Virus record (IMG/VR): IMGVR_UViG_3300021400_000252
Length of the DNA stretch: 64,000 nucleotides
Strand: one strand, 5' to 3'
DNA from: a virus
Lineage: Duplodnaviria > Caudoviricetes
Shown here piece after piece: positions 9,068-19,205 of the stretch. Position 1 is the stretch's first letter. Every line of letters starts with the position of its first letter. The notes under the pieces were generated by a model. The model did no database searches and was not told where the DNA came from. It saw only the letters and a program-made list of their open reading frames with translations. Made by a program: the position numbers and the translations under genes.

Positions 9068-9973
9068 ATGAAACCAATTGGAAAAGTAAAAAATGGTAAC
9101 TATTGGAAGGTGCTATTTGATGATGGAACTTTAATTAAATATAATAAAGAGAATGAACTAATTCCCGAGTATCCAGATTCAATGGATGTTAAGATAACTA
9201 ATAGTTGTGATATGGGCTGTCCAATGTGTCATGAAAATTCAAAACCAAATGATAAGCATGGAGATATAATGAATGCAAAGTTTATTGAAACTTTACTTCC
9301 TTATACAGAATTAGCAATTGGTGGTGGAAATCCACTTGAGCATCCAGATCTAGAAGCTTTCTTAGAAAAGTGCAAATCTTTAAAGTTAATTCCTAATATG
9401 ACAGTTAATCAAAAGCACTTTATGAAAGACTATGATAGGATCACAAAATTGGTCCAAAATAAGCTTATTTATGGTTTAGGTGTATCTTTAACCAACCCTG
9501 AGGAAAAAGGCTTTTTAGAGCGAATTAAAGCTATTCCAAACGCAGTTATTCATGTTATTAATGGTTATCATAAACTTGATGAAATTGAAAAGCTTTATGA
9601 TAATAATTTAAAGATGCTAATCTTAGGTTATAAGACTTTTAGGCGTGGCAAAGATTTATTTGAAGGAACTAATCATGATCTTATTTCTAATAGAATGAAA
9701 GATTGGCATGATGCTTTACCTGAAATTACAAAGCATTTTGCAGTAGTATCTTTTGATAATCTAGCTTTAAATCAATTAGATCCAAAAAGATTACTAACTG
9801 ATGAAGCTTGGAATCAATCATATATGGGCGAAGATGGACAAATGACTATGTTTATTGATTTAGTTAAGAATACTTATTCAACTTCTTCAACGACTCCAGA
9901 AGAAGAGAGAAAACCATTATTAGAGGACATCAAGCCAATGTTTGATGATATTAGAAAGATAAATGGTAATTAA
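9068..9973 (+). CDS. Radical SAM enzyme
   Basis: CDMGCPMC (CxxxCxxC), GGGNP; no Cys-rich SPASM tail. Confidence 0.9.
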   Translation: MKPIGKVKNGNYWKVLFDDGTLIKYNKENELIPEYPDSMDVKITNSCDMGCPMCHENSKPNDKHGDIMNAKFIETLLPYTELAIGGGNPLEHPDLEAFLEKCKSLKLIPNMTVNQKHFMKDYDRITKLVQNKLIYGLGVSLTNPEEKGFLERIKAIPNAVIHVINGYHKLDEIEKLYDNNLKMLILGYKTFRRGKDLFEGTNHDLISNRMKDWHDALPEITKHFAVVSFDNLALNQLDPKRLLTDEAWNQSYMGEDGQMTMFIDLVKNTYSTSSTTPEEERKPLLEDIKPMFDDIRKINGN

Positions 9974-9974
9974 T

Positions 9975-10196
9975 ATGAAAAAAGATATCGAAGGAAAAGA
10001 AATTCATGTTGGTGATAAAGTGGTTTTTACACATAATAAATCACAAGGTGTTCAGCTTTTTATCGGAATTGTATTAAAAGAAGATGAAACTAAAATTGGT
10101 AAACCACTAATTATATCATACTATTCTAAGTATGGATCAGAAAATACTGTATATATCACAAGTCCTAGTAAAAGTATTTATGTAATTAAGGAGTAA
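9975..10196 (+). CDS. Small hypothetical protein (YopX/SH3-like KDIEGKEIHVGDKV)
   Basis: Typical phage small beta-protein motif. Confidence 0.65.
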   Translation: MKKDIEGKEIHVGDKVVFTHNKSQGVQLFIGIVLKEDETKIGKPLIISYYSKYGSENTVYITSPSKSIYVIKE

Positions 10197-10199
10197 TTT

Positions 10200-10673
10200 A
10201 TGGAAGAAAAAGTAATTGGATTTTGGCAAGAAAGAGAAAAATATGGCTGTTTTAGTAATTTCTATCCATGTGAATTTACTTGGGAAGGTAGAAAATTTAA
10301 TTGTTCTGAACAAGCTTTCATGTGGTCAAAAGCTAGATGCTTTCATGATGATGAAACAGCTAATCAAATAATGTTAGAAACTGATCCTAAAAAGATTAAG
10401 AAATTAGGAAGACAAGTTAAAGGCTTTGATGAAGAATTTTGGGCTGAAGTACGCTATAAAAATATGCTTTCAATTAATCATGAAAAGTATAGACAAAACC
10501 CTGAACTAAGAAAAATATTAATGAGTACAGGTGATACTAAGATAGTAGAAGATTCACCATTTGACTATGTTTGGGGAATTGGTAGAGATGGAAGTGGTCA
10601 AAATTTATTAGGACAAGTTTTAATGAGTGTTAGACAATATTATAAAGATATTATGAAAGAAGCTAGTCAATAA
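10200..10673 (+). CDS. NADAR-family ADP-ribosyl/N-glycosidase
   Basis: FSNFY, SEQAFM, KKLGRQV, EDSPFDYVWGIG, NLLGQVLM. Confidence 0.9.
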   Translation: MEEKVIGFWQEREKYGCFSNFYPCEFTWEGRKFNCSEQAFMWSKARCFHDDETANQIMLETDPKKIKKLGRQVKGFDEEFWAEVRYKNMLSINHEKYRQNPELRKILMSTGDTKIVEDSPFDYVWGIGRDGSGQNLLGQVLMSVRQYYKDIMKEASQ

Positions 10674-11020
10674 TGAAGTTAATTGTAGCAGGCTCTAGAG
10701 AATTTAATAATTATGATTTATTAAAGAAAAGTATCCAAGAAAACTTTCAAAGATATGAAGTAGAAGAAATAGTTTCCGGAACAGCTAGAGGTGCAGATAC
10801 TTTAGGTGAACAATTTGCGATAGAATATTCTATTCCAATTAAAAAATTTCCAGCTAATTGGGACTTATATGGTAAATCTGCAGGTTATAGGCGTAATGTC
10901 GAAATGGCAGATTACGCAGATGCTTTAATTGCATTTTGGGATGGAAAATCTAAAGGCACTGGACATATGATTAATATCGCAAAAGATAAGAATTTAAGAG
11001 TTATTGTAGTTAATTTTTAG
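10673..11020 (+). CDS. SLOG-superfamily protein (DUF2493/YspA-like)
   Basis: IVAGSR, SGTARGAD, AGYRRN, AFWDGKSKGT. Confidence 0.85.
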   Translation: MKLIVAGSREFNNYDLLKKSIQENFQRYEVEEIVSGTARGADTLGEQFAIEYSIPIKKFPANWDLYGKSAGYRRNVEMADYADALIAFWDGKSKGTGHMINIAKDKNLRVIVVNF

Positions 11021-11090
11021 CACCAAACATTTTGGTGCTTTTATTGTATATTATATTATATAGTATTTTTAGTTTTAAGGAGATGATATT

Positions 11091-11879
11091 TTGTCACTAG
11101 TAATTGCTATTAAAGATAAAAACAGATTTATTCTAGGAGCTGATAAGCAAGTATCACAATGGAATAATAAAGACCATTCTGCAACAAAAGTATGGTATTC
11201 AGAATATGAAGGTTGTTGTATTGGTTCTGTAGGCTATGCAAGAGCTTCTCAAATAATTCAATATATAAAAGGACTATTAGATGGTGCAGGATTTGGAAAA
11301 GAAAATTTAGATGATGCATTCATCCATTTACAACTTCCTAGAACTCTTTATGAAACATTAAAAGCACATGGTATTATTGTAGATGATCCAACACAACCAT
11401 TTAGTTTACCAAATGAATTCTTTATTGCATATAAAGATAAGTGTTGGAAGATTAGTCAAGATTTAACAGTCACTGAGATTGAAGATTATGATGCTATAGG
11501 TTCAGGTCAAGATGTTGCATTAGGTGTTATTGAAACATCGCATATGTATAATGAAAAGAATCCATATAGAATTATTACAAATGCTATTGATGTAGCAGCA
11601 GAAAAAACTCTATATGTTGACCATGAGATAGAATTTGTTGAAACGATTTCAGATAAAAAAGATGTTATTAATAAGATGACTGCTTTAGGATATGATATTC
11701 CGGATGAAGTAAAGAAATCTAAGAATCCAAACGAAGCATTAGCTAAATGGGCATTAGGTATCAATCAAGAACCTAAAGTTGAAGAAGAACAAAAGGTTGA
11801 AGAACCTAAACCAAAAGAAGAATATAAAAAAGAAAAGACTAAAAACAAAAAAGAAAAACTAGTAGAGAAAAAGGACTAA
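11091..11879 (+). CDS. HslV/proteasome-beta-like Ntn hydrolase
   Basis: N-terminal SLVIAI...GAD...K and AIGSG motif; TTG start after AAGGAG; charged tail. Confidence 0.7.
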   Translation: MSLVIAIKDKNRFILGADKQVSQWNNKDHSATKVWYSEYEGCCIGSVGYARASQIIQYIKGLLDGAGFGKENLDDAFIHLQLPRTLYETLKAHGIIVDDPTQPFSLPNEFFIAYKDKCWKISQDLTVTEIEDYDAIGSGQDVALGVIETSHMYNEKNPYRIITNAIDVAAEKTLYVDHEIEFVETISDKKDVINKMTALGYDIPDEVKKSKNPNEALAKWALGINQEPKVEEEQKVEEPKPKEEYKKEKTKNKKEKLVEKKD

Positions 11880-11891
11880 TTAGTCCTTTTT
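11868..11891 (+). terminator. Terminator followed by class B motif (11924-11932)
   Basis: AAAAAGGACTA-at-TAGTCCTTTTT. Confidence 0.7.
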
Positions 11892-11969
11892 CTTTTTATT
11901 TTAGTTTTTAATTACTTTTTAATTGCTAAATTACTTGTATTAAAATTTATTAATAGGAGGTTTTTTATC

Positions 11970-13046
11970 GTGTCAAGCACAACAACAAGATTAGGCTTAA
12001 CATTAATCGATAAAGAACATCTTAATTTAGAAAGATTTGTAGATTTTATAATCAATTTAGCCGGTGAAAACGCTGGTAGTTCACTAGATCCATTATCTTC
12101 ACTACAAAAGATAGATGAATTTGCACAGGAAGTGGACGAACGATTCGAAAGTTTTTCAAATCTTCATTTTGAGATCGTTCAATCATTAAGTGATGTTACA
12201 GAACAAAATATAATATATCTAATAGATAAACGAATTATTGACGACCCAAATTACAATCCTCAACAAGTATCTGAATCTGAGGTTGAACAAACTTCAACTA
12301 GTGCTAATGCATTTTATGAATATATAGTAGTAAATGATGCACCAGAGCAAATTGGTTCAACAGAAATTCCTAAAGAACTTTTTGAAGATATCGAACAGAG
12401 ATTAGCAGAAGTAGAAAATTATATCGAGCTTTATGAAAATAAATTAGCTCAATTAGAAACAAAATCACAAAATTTAGATGATATTGTTAGTCTATTAGCT
12501 TCAGATTTAGGACTTAATTCAGAAACAGAAAAAGAATATCCTACAGAAGAGGTACAAGTTCCAACTTATCAAAAGATACAAACACATAATGATTTATTAA
12601 AAATAATTAGTAATGATCTAGGATTAGATGATTTGGCAGACGGATCTTACCCAACAGAAGAAGTTCGAAAAACAACTAGAGAACTTGCTGAGGAAAAAGG
12701 TTCAGGACCTAGTTCTGAAGATGAAACACAAAATCAAGAAATAAATAATTTAAAAGAAACAATAAATGCATTAAAGAATCATTTAAATTATCTATATTCA
12801 TTACATAATTCAGATCCAAATTGGAATGTTTATGTAGAAGATTCTAGTGGAAATAAAGAAACAGTTGGAATCTCAATAGAAGAAAATACTCAAGAAGCAA
12901 TTATTACTGAGGATGAGAATGGAAATCAAGAACAACTTATTTTAGTTGATGAAGATGGCCAAACAAATGAAATTAGTGCTAATATTGAAGAATCATTTAT
13001 TGAAAATTATATTATAGAATATGACCGTGAAGAGGAGAATAAATAA
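11970..13046 (+). CDS. Acidic coiled-coil protein, probably virion-associated
   Basis: TTRLGLTL N-terminus, internal repeat DLGL..YPTEEV, class B motif upstream, AGGAGG RBS. Confidence 0.6.
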   Translation: MSSTTTRLGLTLIDKEHLNLERFVDFIINLAGENAGSSLDPLSSLQKIDEFAQEVDERFESFSNLHFEIVQSLSDVTEQNIIYLIDKRIIDDPNYNPQQVSESEVEQTSTSANAFYEYIVVNDAPEQIGSTEIPKELFEDIEQRLAEVENYIELYENKLAQLETKSQNLDDIVSLLASDLGLNSETEKEYPTEEVQVPTYQKIQTHNDLLKIISNDLGLDDLADGSYPTEEVRKTTRELAEEKGSGPSSEDETQNQEINNLKETINALKNHLNYLYSLHNSDPNWNVYVEDSSGNKETVGISIEENTQEAIITEDENGNQEQLILVDEDGQTNEISANIEESFIENYIIEYDREEENK

Positions 13047-13047
13047 C

Positions 13048-14358
13048 ATGGCAAAAAATGGTACACTAAAAAATTTAACTGGTGAAATTGTTTATCCAAA
13101 AACAACATCAAATCAAGTTACATACACAAGAAATGGAAAAGAATCAACAGTACAACAAACTCTTAACGAGTTAATTGATGGATCATATGTTCCAGGTGAA
13201 GGTGGAGAACCAATTGGAGTTTTAACATTAGCACAAGAAGCTTATAATCTAGCTAGTGAATCTTATAGTAAAGCAGATGATTCTTATAATAGAGCTGACG
13301 AAGCTTATAATTATGCAGATGAAATTAATAATAGTGTTAATAGTGTTGTAAGCTATACTTGGAATGGGTATGATCATGGTTTAGATCAAAACTATGTTGG
13401 GCTTGAAGGTGCTTACTCTGTAGCTAGTGAAGCATACTCATATGCAAAACAAGCATATAGCATGGGTAGTGAAATGTATCATTATCAGTATTATGATAAA
13501 TTTACTCGAACTTATTACGATGGTCTTAGTGGAGCATATACTCTTGCAACTAACATTTATAATAATATTATTAGATCAAAACTTTATAATGTAGATGAGT
13601 TAATGGAAGCATTTGATGGTTCATATAAAAATGCTACAATTCATACTTATAACAGTTATGCTGATTGTTATAGTGATACAACGACTTTCTATGGTGCAAA
13701 TGATTTATATAGTGCAGTACAAGCATTAGATAGTCTAGCTTATGAGGCTTATTCAAAAGCTCTCACAGCATCAAATGGAATTACAGAGCTTAATGATCCA
13801 TATAATGGTGCAACAGTGGCTATCTATAACCCAGATGAAGAAAGATATAGTGGTAACGAGACTTTCTATGGTACTTCACAAGTTTATTCAGCTATTCAAG
13901 CTACAGCAAACTTAGCTTATGATGCTTATAACCAAGCAGCAACTTACGGTTGGAACAGTGATAATGGTGACTACCCATCACTTGATGGATTCTATTATGG
14001 TGTAAGCGGTGCATACTCTGTAGCTGAAACATCTTATTCTTATGCCGTACAACTAGCTAGAGTACTATTTGGTGATGATGTATCTGGAGATTATTGGTAT
14101 GATAAAGCAAGCGGTACAGATTCAGACGGATACCAAGTTTCAGGTATAGAAGGTGCTTATCGAGTTGCTGAAGGTGCTTTCAATTATGCACAAATCATTA
14201 GAAATGAGGTTAGTGATATTTTCAACGTATCTGGACCTCAATACAACGAACCAACATCTCTAAGTACAAATGGTATCTATGCATTAAGAGCTAGAGTAGA
14301 TCAAGGCAGAGTGACTTTATACTGGGAAAAAGTTGAAGACATTACTAACAATAATTAA
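13048..14358 (+). CDS. Tyr/Ala-repeat protein, probably a fibre or virion protein
   Basis: Recurring GxxGAYxxAxxAYxYA units; IVYPKT N-terminal motif. Confidence 0.6.
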   Translation: MAKNGTLKNLTGEIVYPKTTSNQVTYTRNGKESTVQQTLNELIDGSYVPGEGGEPIGVLTLAQEAYNLASESYSKADDSYNRADEAYNYADEINNSVNSVVSYTWNGYDHGLDQNYVGLEGAYSVASEAYSYAKQAYSMGSEMYHYQYYDKFTRTYYDGLSGAYTLATNIYNNIIRSKLYNVDELMEAFDGSYKNATIHTYNSYADCYSDTTTFYGANDLYSAVQALDSLAYEAYSKALTASNGITELNDPYNGATVAIYNPDEERYSGNETFYGTSQVYSAIQATANLAYDAYNQAATYGWNSDNGDYPSLDGFYYGVSGAYSVAETSYSYAVQLARVLFGDDVSGDYWYDKASGTDSDGYQVSGIEGAYRVAEGAFNYAQIIRNEVSDIFNVSGPQYNEPTSLSTNGIYALRARVDQGRVTLYWEKVEDITNNN

Positions 14359-14380
14359 AAATTTATTATAAGATAAAAAT

Positions 14381-14410
14381 AAAAAGATGAGTTTAAAAGC
14401 TCATCTTTTT
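14381..14410 (+). terminator. Terminator followed by class A motif (14425-14433)
   Basis: AAAAAGATGAG...CTCATCTTTTT. Confidence 0.75.
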
Positions 14411-14467
14411 ATTTTACTGATATTTTGTATATTATATAGATATATACTATAGATTGTGAGAAGATAT

Positions 14468-15466
14468 ATGTTATTACAATTAATCGTAATTCATTATGAC
14501 GAAGATGAGTCATATATTAAAAATTTATTAAATGTTTTAAAATTACAACAATGGTTTGATTTTAGAGATTTAGAAGTTTTAATCGAAAATGATGGAGATA
14601 AAGTTGTTTATGATAAATCACTTTTTGAAAATTATCCATTTAAAATTAGATATCATGTAAATGAGTGGAGTGGACGAAGTGGAGTTAGACAACATGGATT
14701 AAATCGTGCAACAGCTGATTATGTAATGTTTTGTGACTGTGATGATACATTTTTACGTTTTGATGCCTTGGCCACAATTAAACATGCATTAATAAAAGAA
14801 AAACCTGACGTATTATTTACTATATTTAAAACTAACTTTGTAGATGATAATGGATTAACAAAGGGATTTAGAGATTATTATAATGAGAATGTTTGGATCC
14901 ATGGAAAATGTTTTAGAACAAAATTTCTAAAAGATAATGATATTAGTTGGAATAAATCATTAAATAACTTTGAAGATGCTTATTTTGTTCGACTAGTTGA
15001 TGCATTTAGACCGAAGAAATTTGGAATTAATTTAGACCTATATGCATGGAAGTATCGTGCTACAAGTAGTACTCGTGGAGATGGTAAAACTGAAATGTTA
15101 GACTATCTAAATTGTTTAAATTCTCAAAGAGAAGCAATTAAAGCATACATTGAATTAGATAAATTAAAAGATGCTGGCGTTAAATTATTTATAACTATGT
15201 ATGAAGTTTATTTCTTAATAACTTCAATCGATTCAAATATAGATTTAGTTCGAGAATATACTGCACATAGAGAACAAGTTGAAAAAGAGTTTATTGAATT
15301 ATACGAAAAATATAAACAATATTTAGATTATGTTTCTCCAAGACTTGCTTCTACGTTATATACAGCATTAGTAAAGAGATTCTTTGAAGAAAAACAAGTG
15401 TATTTAGTTCCAAAAGATACATTAGAACAATTTATTGAAAATTTAAAACAAAAGTATTTAAAATAA
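14468..15466 (+). CDS. Glycosyltransferase family 2
   Basis: ENDG, RQHGL, YVMFCDCDD, HGK, FED. Confidence 0.9.
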   Translation: MLLQLIVIHYDEDESYIKNLLNVLKLQQWFDFRDLEVLIENDGDKVVYDKSLFENYPFKIRYHVNEWSGRSGVRQHGLNRATADYVMFCDCDDTFLRFDALATIKHALIKEKPDVLFTIFKTNFVDDNGLTKGFRDYYNENVWIHGKCFRTKFLKDNDISWNKSLNNFEDAYFVRLVDAFRPKKFGINLDLYAWKYRATSSTRGDGKTEMLDYLNCLNSQREAIKAYIELDKLKDAGVKLFITMYEVYFLITSIDSNIDLVREYTAHREQVEKEFIELYEKYKQYLDYVSPRLASTLYTALVKRFFEEKQVYLVPKDTLEQFIENLKQKYLK

Positions 15467-15479
15467 TATGGAGTGAGAA

Positions 15480-16460
15480 ATGTTATTACAATTAATAGTT
15501 ACTCATTATAAAGAACATCCTGGATATGTTGAAAGATTTTTAGATAGTGTAAAAGTTCAAGATTATATTGATAAAAACGATTTTGAAGTATTATTAATCA
15601 ACGATGGAAATGAAAAATTAATTAGTGAAAATCTATTATCTAAATATGATTTTAAAATAAAGTATTTAGTTAAAGATTGGTCTGGATTATCAGACTCTAG
15701 ACAATTTGGAATGGATCATGCTACTGCTGATTATATCATGTTCTGCGACTGTGATGATCTGTTCTCAAGGATAGATTCATTATATAAAATCTTAGAATGT
15801 ATTAAGAAAACTAATGCAGATTTTATTATTGGTAGTAGATTTCAAGATGTAAAAGGAAAAGTAGAAATGCTTCAAGCAAAATCTTTGATCGGAAGTTATG
15901 AAATACATGGAAAAGTATATAAACGTGCATTTTTACTTGAAAAGAATATTAAATGGAATAAAGATATTATTATTTGGAATGAAGATTTTTATTTTAATAA
16001 TCTCGTTCTTTGTGAAAAACCGAAGATTAGTTTAATTGATGACGCAATATACATTTATAAATATAGACCTGATTCAATTACAGATTTTAAAAAGAATAAT
16101 TCAATTGAAAAACAATTAGAGATTCGTTTATCACTAATTCAAGCTTATATATTAACATTAAAAGAATTAAAACTTAGAAATAATAAAGAATATTTTAAAA
16201 CAAAGTTAATTGACCTTTTATTTCAATGTTTTGATGTTGAAAAACGATTTAATATTAAAAACCTTGATCAATGGCAAACAATTCGTTCAGAGTTTTCAGA
16301 AGATTTTAAATTAATTAATTATAAAGATCTTATAAATCGTTTAACTTCAACTCCATTAAATCGACCAATTATTAATGATTTAATATTAGTTCAAACGCTT
16401 CCAGATTGGTTAGCTTCAAAACAAATAACTATAAATTTAAAAGAGGTAAAAAATGTTTAA
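15480..16460 (+). CDS. Glycosyltransferase family 2 (tandem paralogue)
   Basis: INDG, RQFGM, YIMFCDCDD, HGK, NED; same MLLQLIV start as the previous gene. Confidence 0.9.
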   Translation: MLLQLIVTHYKEHPGYVERFLDSVKVQDYIDKNDFEVLLINDGNEKLISENLLSKYDFKIKYLVKDWSGLSDSRQFGMDHATADYIMFCDCDDLFSRIDSLYKILECIKKTNADFIIGSRFQDVKGKVEMLQAKSLIGSYEIHGKVYKRAFLLEKNIKWNKDIIIWNEDFYFNNLVLCEKPKISLIDDAIYIYKYRPDSITDFKKNNSIEKQLEIRLSLIQAYILTLKELKLRNNKEYFKTKLIDLLFQCFDVEKRFNIKNLDQWQTIRSEFSEDFKLINYKDLINRLTSTPLNRPIINDLILVQTLPDWLASKQITINLKEVKNV

Positions 16461-16971
16461 TCAAAATTTGTACACAAATAAACTAGACTTAAGTTTAGCA
16501 TCTAAAAATAAAGAAGTATGTCTTTCTAAAGTTTATAGTAAATTCATGTTTAATAAACCATTAGATAGACTTCAAAATCTAGGGTTATATATTTATCCAG
16601 ATGGAAGAATGGTCGACACATTATCTCATGATGAGATTGATAAATTTTTAATCTCAAGTGGAGATATTAAACTTAATGGAGACTTCCAAGAAGTTAAAGA
16701 AGGAAGTCAATTCATGGATTTATGTAATTGTGTTCGTGTTAGATGTGATATAGGATTAACTATGGGTTGGATTATGCTTCCATGTGAAGAACTAACAAAT
16801 GAACAATATGAAAAGATTAGTATAATAATCGATGTGATGCTTTCATCAAATATAAATTTATATGTTTTCACACTCGACCAAACATGAGATAAAACATATT
16901 CTAAGTCATATTATGACTTTTCAGATGATGTATTAAAAGATATTAAGAGATATTATAAAACGCAAAAATAG
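16453..16971 (+). CDS. Hypothetical protein, paralogue of the C-terminal domain of 59621-61228 (TGA 16885-16887 read through)
   Basis: YIYPDG..H..ID..GSQFMD..NCVR; frame stays open to TAG 16969-16971. Confidence 0.75.
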
Positions 16972-17000
16972 ATATATCAGGCGCTTTATAGGAGAATTTT

Positions 17001-17645
17001 ATGATTAAATACTTTGTTAGAACTACTGGAGAACGATCTTTTGATTATTCTCCATTAAATGTTATACCTTTATATGATTATAATCATGATCCAATAAATA
17101 GTTTTATTAGTCAATTAGAGATTATAAGTGAATATGATGCTGTGTTATTAGAAGATGATCTTGTTTTATGTAAAGATTTTCAAAATGAGATTGAAAAAGT
17201 TATAGCTAAATATTCAGATAAAATAATTAACTTTTTCTCACGTCCTAAATATTATTTTCAAACAACTTTAACATTAGAAGATTTTACATATAACCAGTGT
17301 ACTTATTATCCAAAAGGAATCGGAAAAATTTTAGCTGAAGAAATGAAAAAGATTTTAAAGTGGTGGCCATCATCAGCAAGATTGTGGTCTCAAGTTGAAA
17401 GTAGAGCATTAATGAATTTAGGTATACCGCATATAATCTATAGACCTTGCTTAGTTCAACATAGTGATCATTCGTCAATATTACAGCCTGGAAAAGAAGC
17501 AAGAACAACTATTTGGTTTAAAGATTATTTAGATGAGTTAAATCTTGATTATAATAACTTAGATGTTTTAAAATATAGAAAAGAATTAAGTAAACTAAGA
17601 GATAAATACTTTAAAGAAGAGGTAAATAAAGATGTTAATCGATAA
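17001..17645 (+). CDS. GT-A fold glycosyltransferase (GT25-like)
   Basis: VLLEDD, YNQCTYYP, RPCLVQH. Confidence 0.7.
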   Translation: MIKYFVRTTGERSFDYSPLNVIPLYDYNHDPINSFISQLEIISEYDAVLLEDDLVLCKDFQNEIEKVIAKYSDKIINFFSRPKYYFQTTLTLEDFTYNQCTYYPKGIGKILAEEMKKILKWWPSSARLWSQVESRALMNLGIPHIIYRPCLVQHSDHSSILQPGKEARTTIWFKDYLDELNLDYNNLDVLKYRKELSKLRDKYFKEEVNKDVNR

Positions 17646-18294
17646 TAAAGCTGTCTTCTGGCAGGATTCGAATTCTATTATAATAAGTAATCATAGTGAT
17701 TTTAAAAAACAAGAAATAATTCAAACTAATGAAATAGTCTTTAATGGTCCACATATTAAATTTGTAGATAAAAAACCTATTTTTATAAATGAGCCAAGAA
17801 CATATACTTATGAACCTAATACTGTTTTTAGTAATATCAATATTAAGCCATCTATAAATAGATATATTAAAGATATAAAAAAGTTTAATAAAATAGCGGA
17901 GATCGGTGGTAGATATGGAAGCTCATCTATTTGGATACTTGATAATATGAACGAAGATGCATATTTAGATATTTATGAAGTAGATAAAGATTATGCAGAT
18001 ATTATAAAAGATAGATTAAAAGACTATAATAATTATGATTTAATTTACGGCGATGCACGAGAAACAATTAAACAAGATATAATTTATGATTTAATCTTTT
18101 TTGATTGTTCGCACATCTTTGACATAGATAAAGTTATTTTTGATAAATTAAAGAATAATATTGATGAAAATACTATTATTATTTTTGATGACTACTTTAT
18201 GCCTGACGTAAGAAAATTAGTTAGATATGCATTAAAAGATTATAAAAGCACAAATATTATTTATAGACAAAAATTCTTAACTGAAGGAGTTTAA
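17632..18294 (+). CDS. Class I SAM-dependent methyltransferase (Methyltransf_24-like)
   Basis: AEIGGRYGSS, DLIFFDCSH, IIFDDY. Confidence 0.8.
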   Translation: MLIDNKAVFWQDSNSIIISNHSDFKKQEIIQTNEIVFNGPHIKFVDKKPIFINEPRTYTYEPNTVFSNINIKPSINRYIKDIKKFNKIAEIGGRYGSSSIWILDNMNEDAYLDIYEVDKDYADIIKDRLKDYNNYDLIYGDARETIKQDIIYDLIFFDCSHIFDIDKVIFDKLKNNIDENTIIIFDDYFMPDVRKLVRYALKDYKSTNIIYRQKFLTEGV

Positions 18295-18295
18295 A

Positions 18296-19138
18296 ATGTT
18301 TGATGTAGACTTAGTCGTTCCATATGTAGATATGAACGATGAAAATTGGATAGAATTAGCTAAACAAAATAATATAAAAATTCAAAAAGAACGTTTTAGA
18401 GGACAAGGAGATTTTTTTAGATATTTCTTTAGATGTATTGATAAAAATCTTCCTTGGATAAATAACTTATTTTTAATCGTTCAAAGCAATTCACAAGTAC
18501 CAGACTTTATTAATATATCAAAAGTAAAGATAATAAAACATGAGGATTTCATTCCAAAAGAATTTCTACCTGTTTATAGTAGTTGTACTATAGAAATGTT
18601 TTTACAAAACATTCCTGGATTATCAGAACACTTTTTATATTTTAATGATGATGTATTTGTAATTAAACCATTATTAAGAACACAATTTTTCATTGAGGAT
18701 AAAGTTTGTCAAAGCTTCACAGATAGATTTCCAATAGGAATATACGGAAATCACGTTAAAAATGGATGTAAGTTAATTTTTGGAGATGATCATGTTGTTT
18801 CAATGAACCACTCTATTAAAACGTTGTTAAAGAGCAAATGCATCGAGTGTTTTAATATTTATAAAAATGAAATATTAAATTCAATCTCAAAAACTCGCAC
18901 TGAATTTAATTTTAATGTTTATCTATTTAGTTTTTATTTAAAAAAGATTGGAAAAACAATTAAATCTCAAATTCATAATACATTATACTTTAGAAATATG
19001 TCTAAATGTTTAGATAGTAAATTCAATCAAGTTTTATGTGTAAATGATGATGGATCAAATTTTAGTGTTTATGATGATGAAAAATTAAATACCTGGTTTA
19101 AAAATAATTTTAAAGATAAATCTAAATATGAAAAATAA
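18296..19138 (+). CDS. Stealth-family hexose-1-phosphate transferase
   Basis: CR1 DLVVPYVD, CR2 LPWINNLF...IEMFLQNIPGLSEHFLYFNDD, CR4 CVND...KSKYE. Confidence 0.9.
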   Translation: MFDVDLVVPYVDMNDENWIELAKQNNIKIQKERFRGQGDFFRYFFRCIDKNLPWINNLFLIVQSNSQVPDFINISKVKIIKHEDFIPKEFLPVYSSCTIEMFLQNIPGLSEHFLYFNDDVFVIKPLLRTQFFIEDKVCQSFTDRFPIGIYGNHVKNGCKLIFGDDHVVSMNHSIKTLLKSKCIECFNIYKNEILNSISKTRTEFNFNVYLFSFYLKKIGKTIKSQIHNTLYFRNMSKCLDSKFNQVLCVNDDGSNFSVYDDEKLNTWFKNNFKDKSKYEK

Positions 19139-19205
19139 GTCAGATAATGACTTATTTTTATTTGCTAAATTATTTGACTAAAAAATCTGTCTTATAAGGA
19201 GATAA

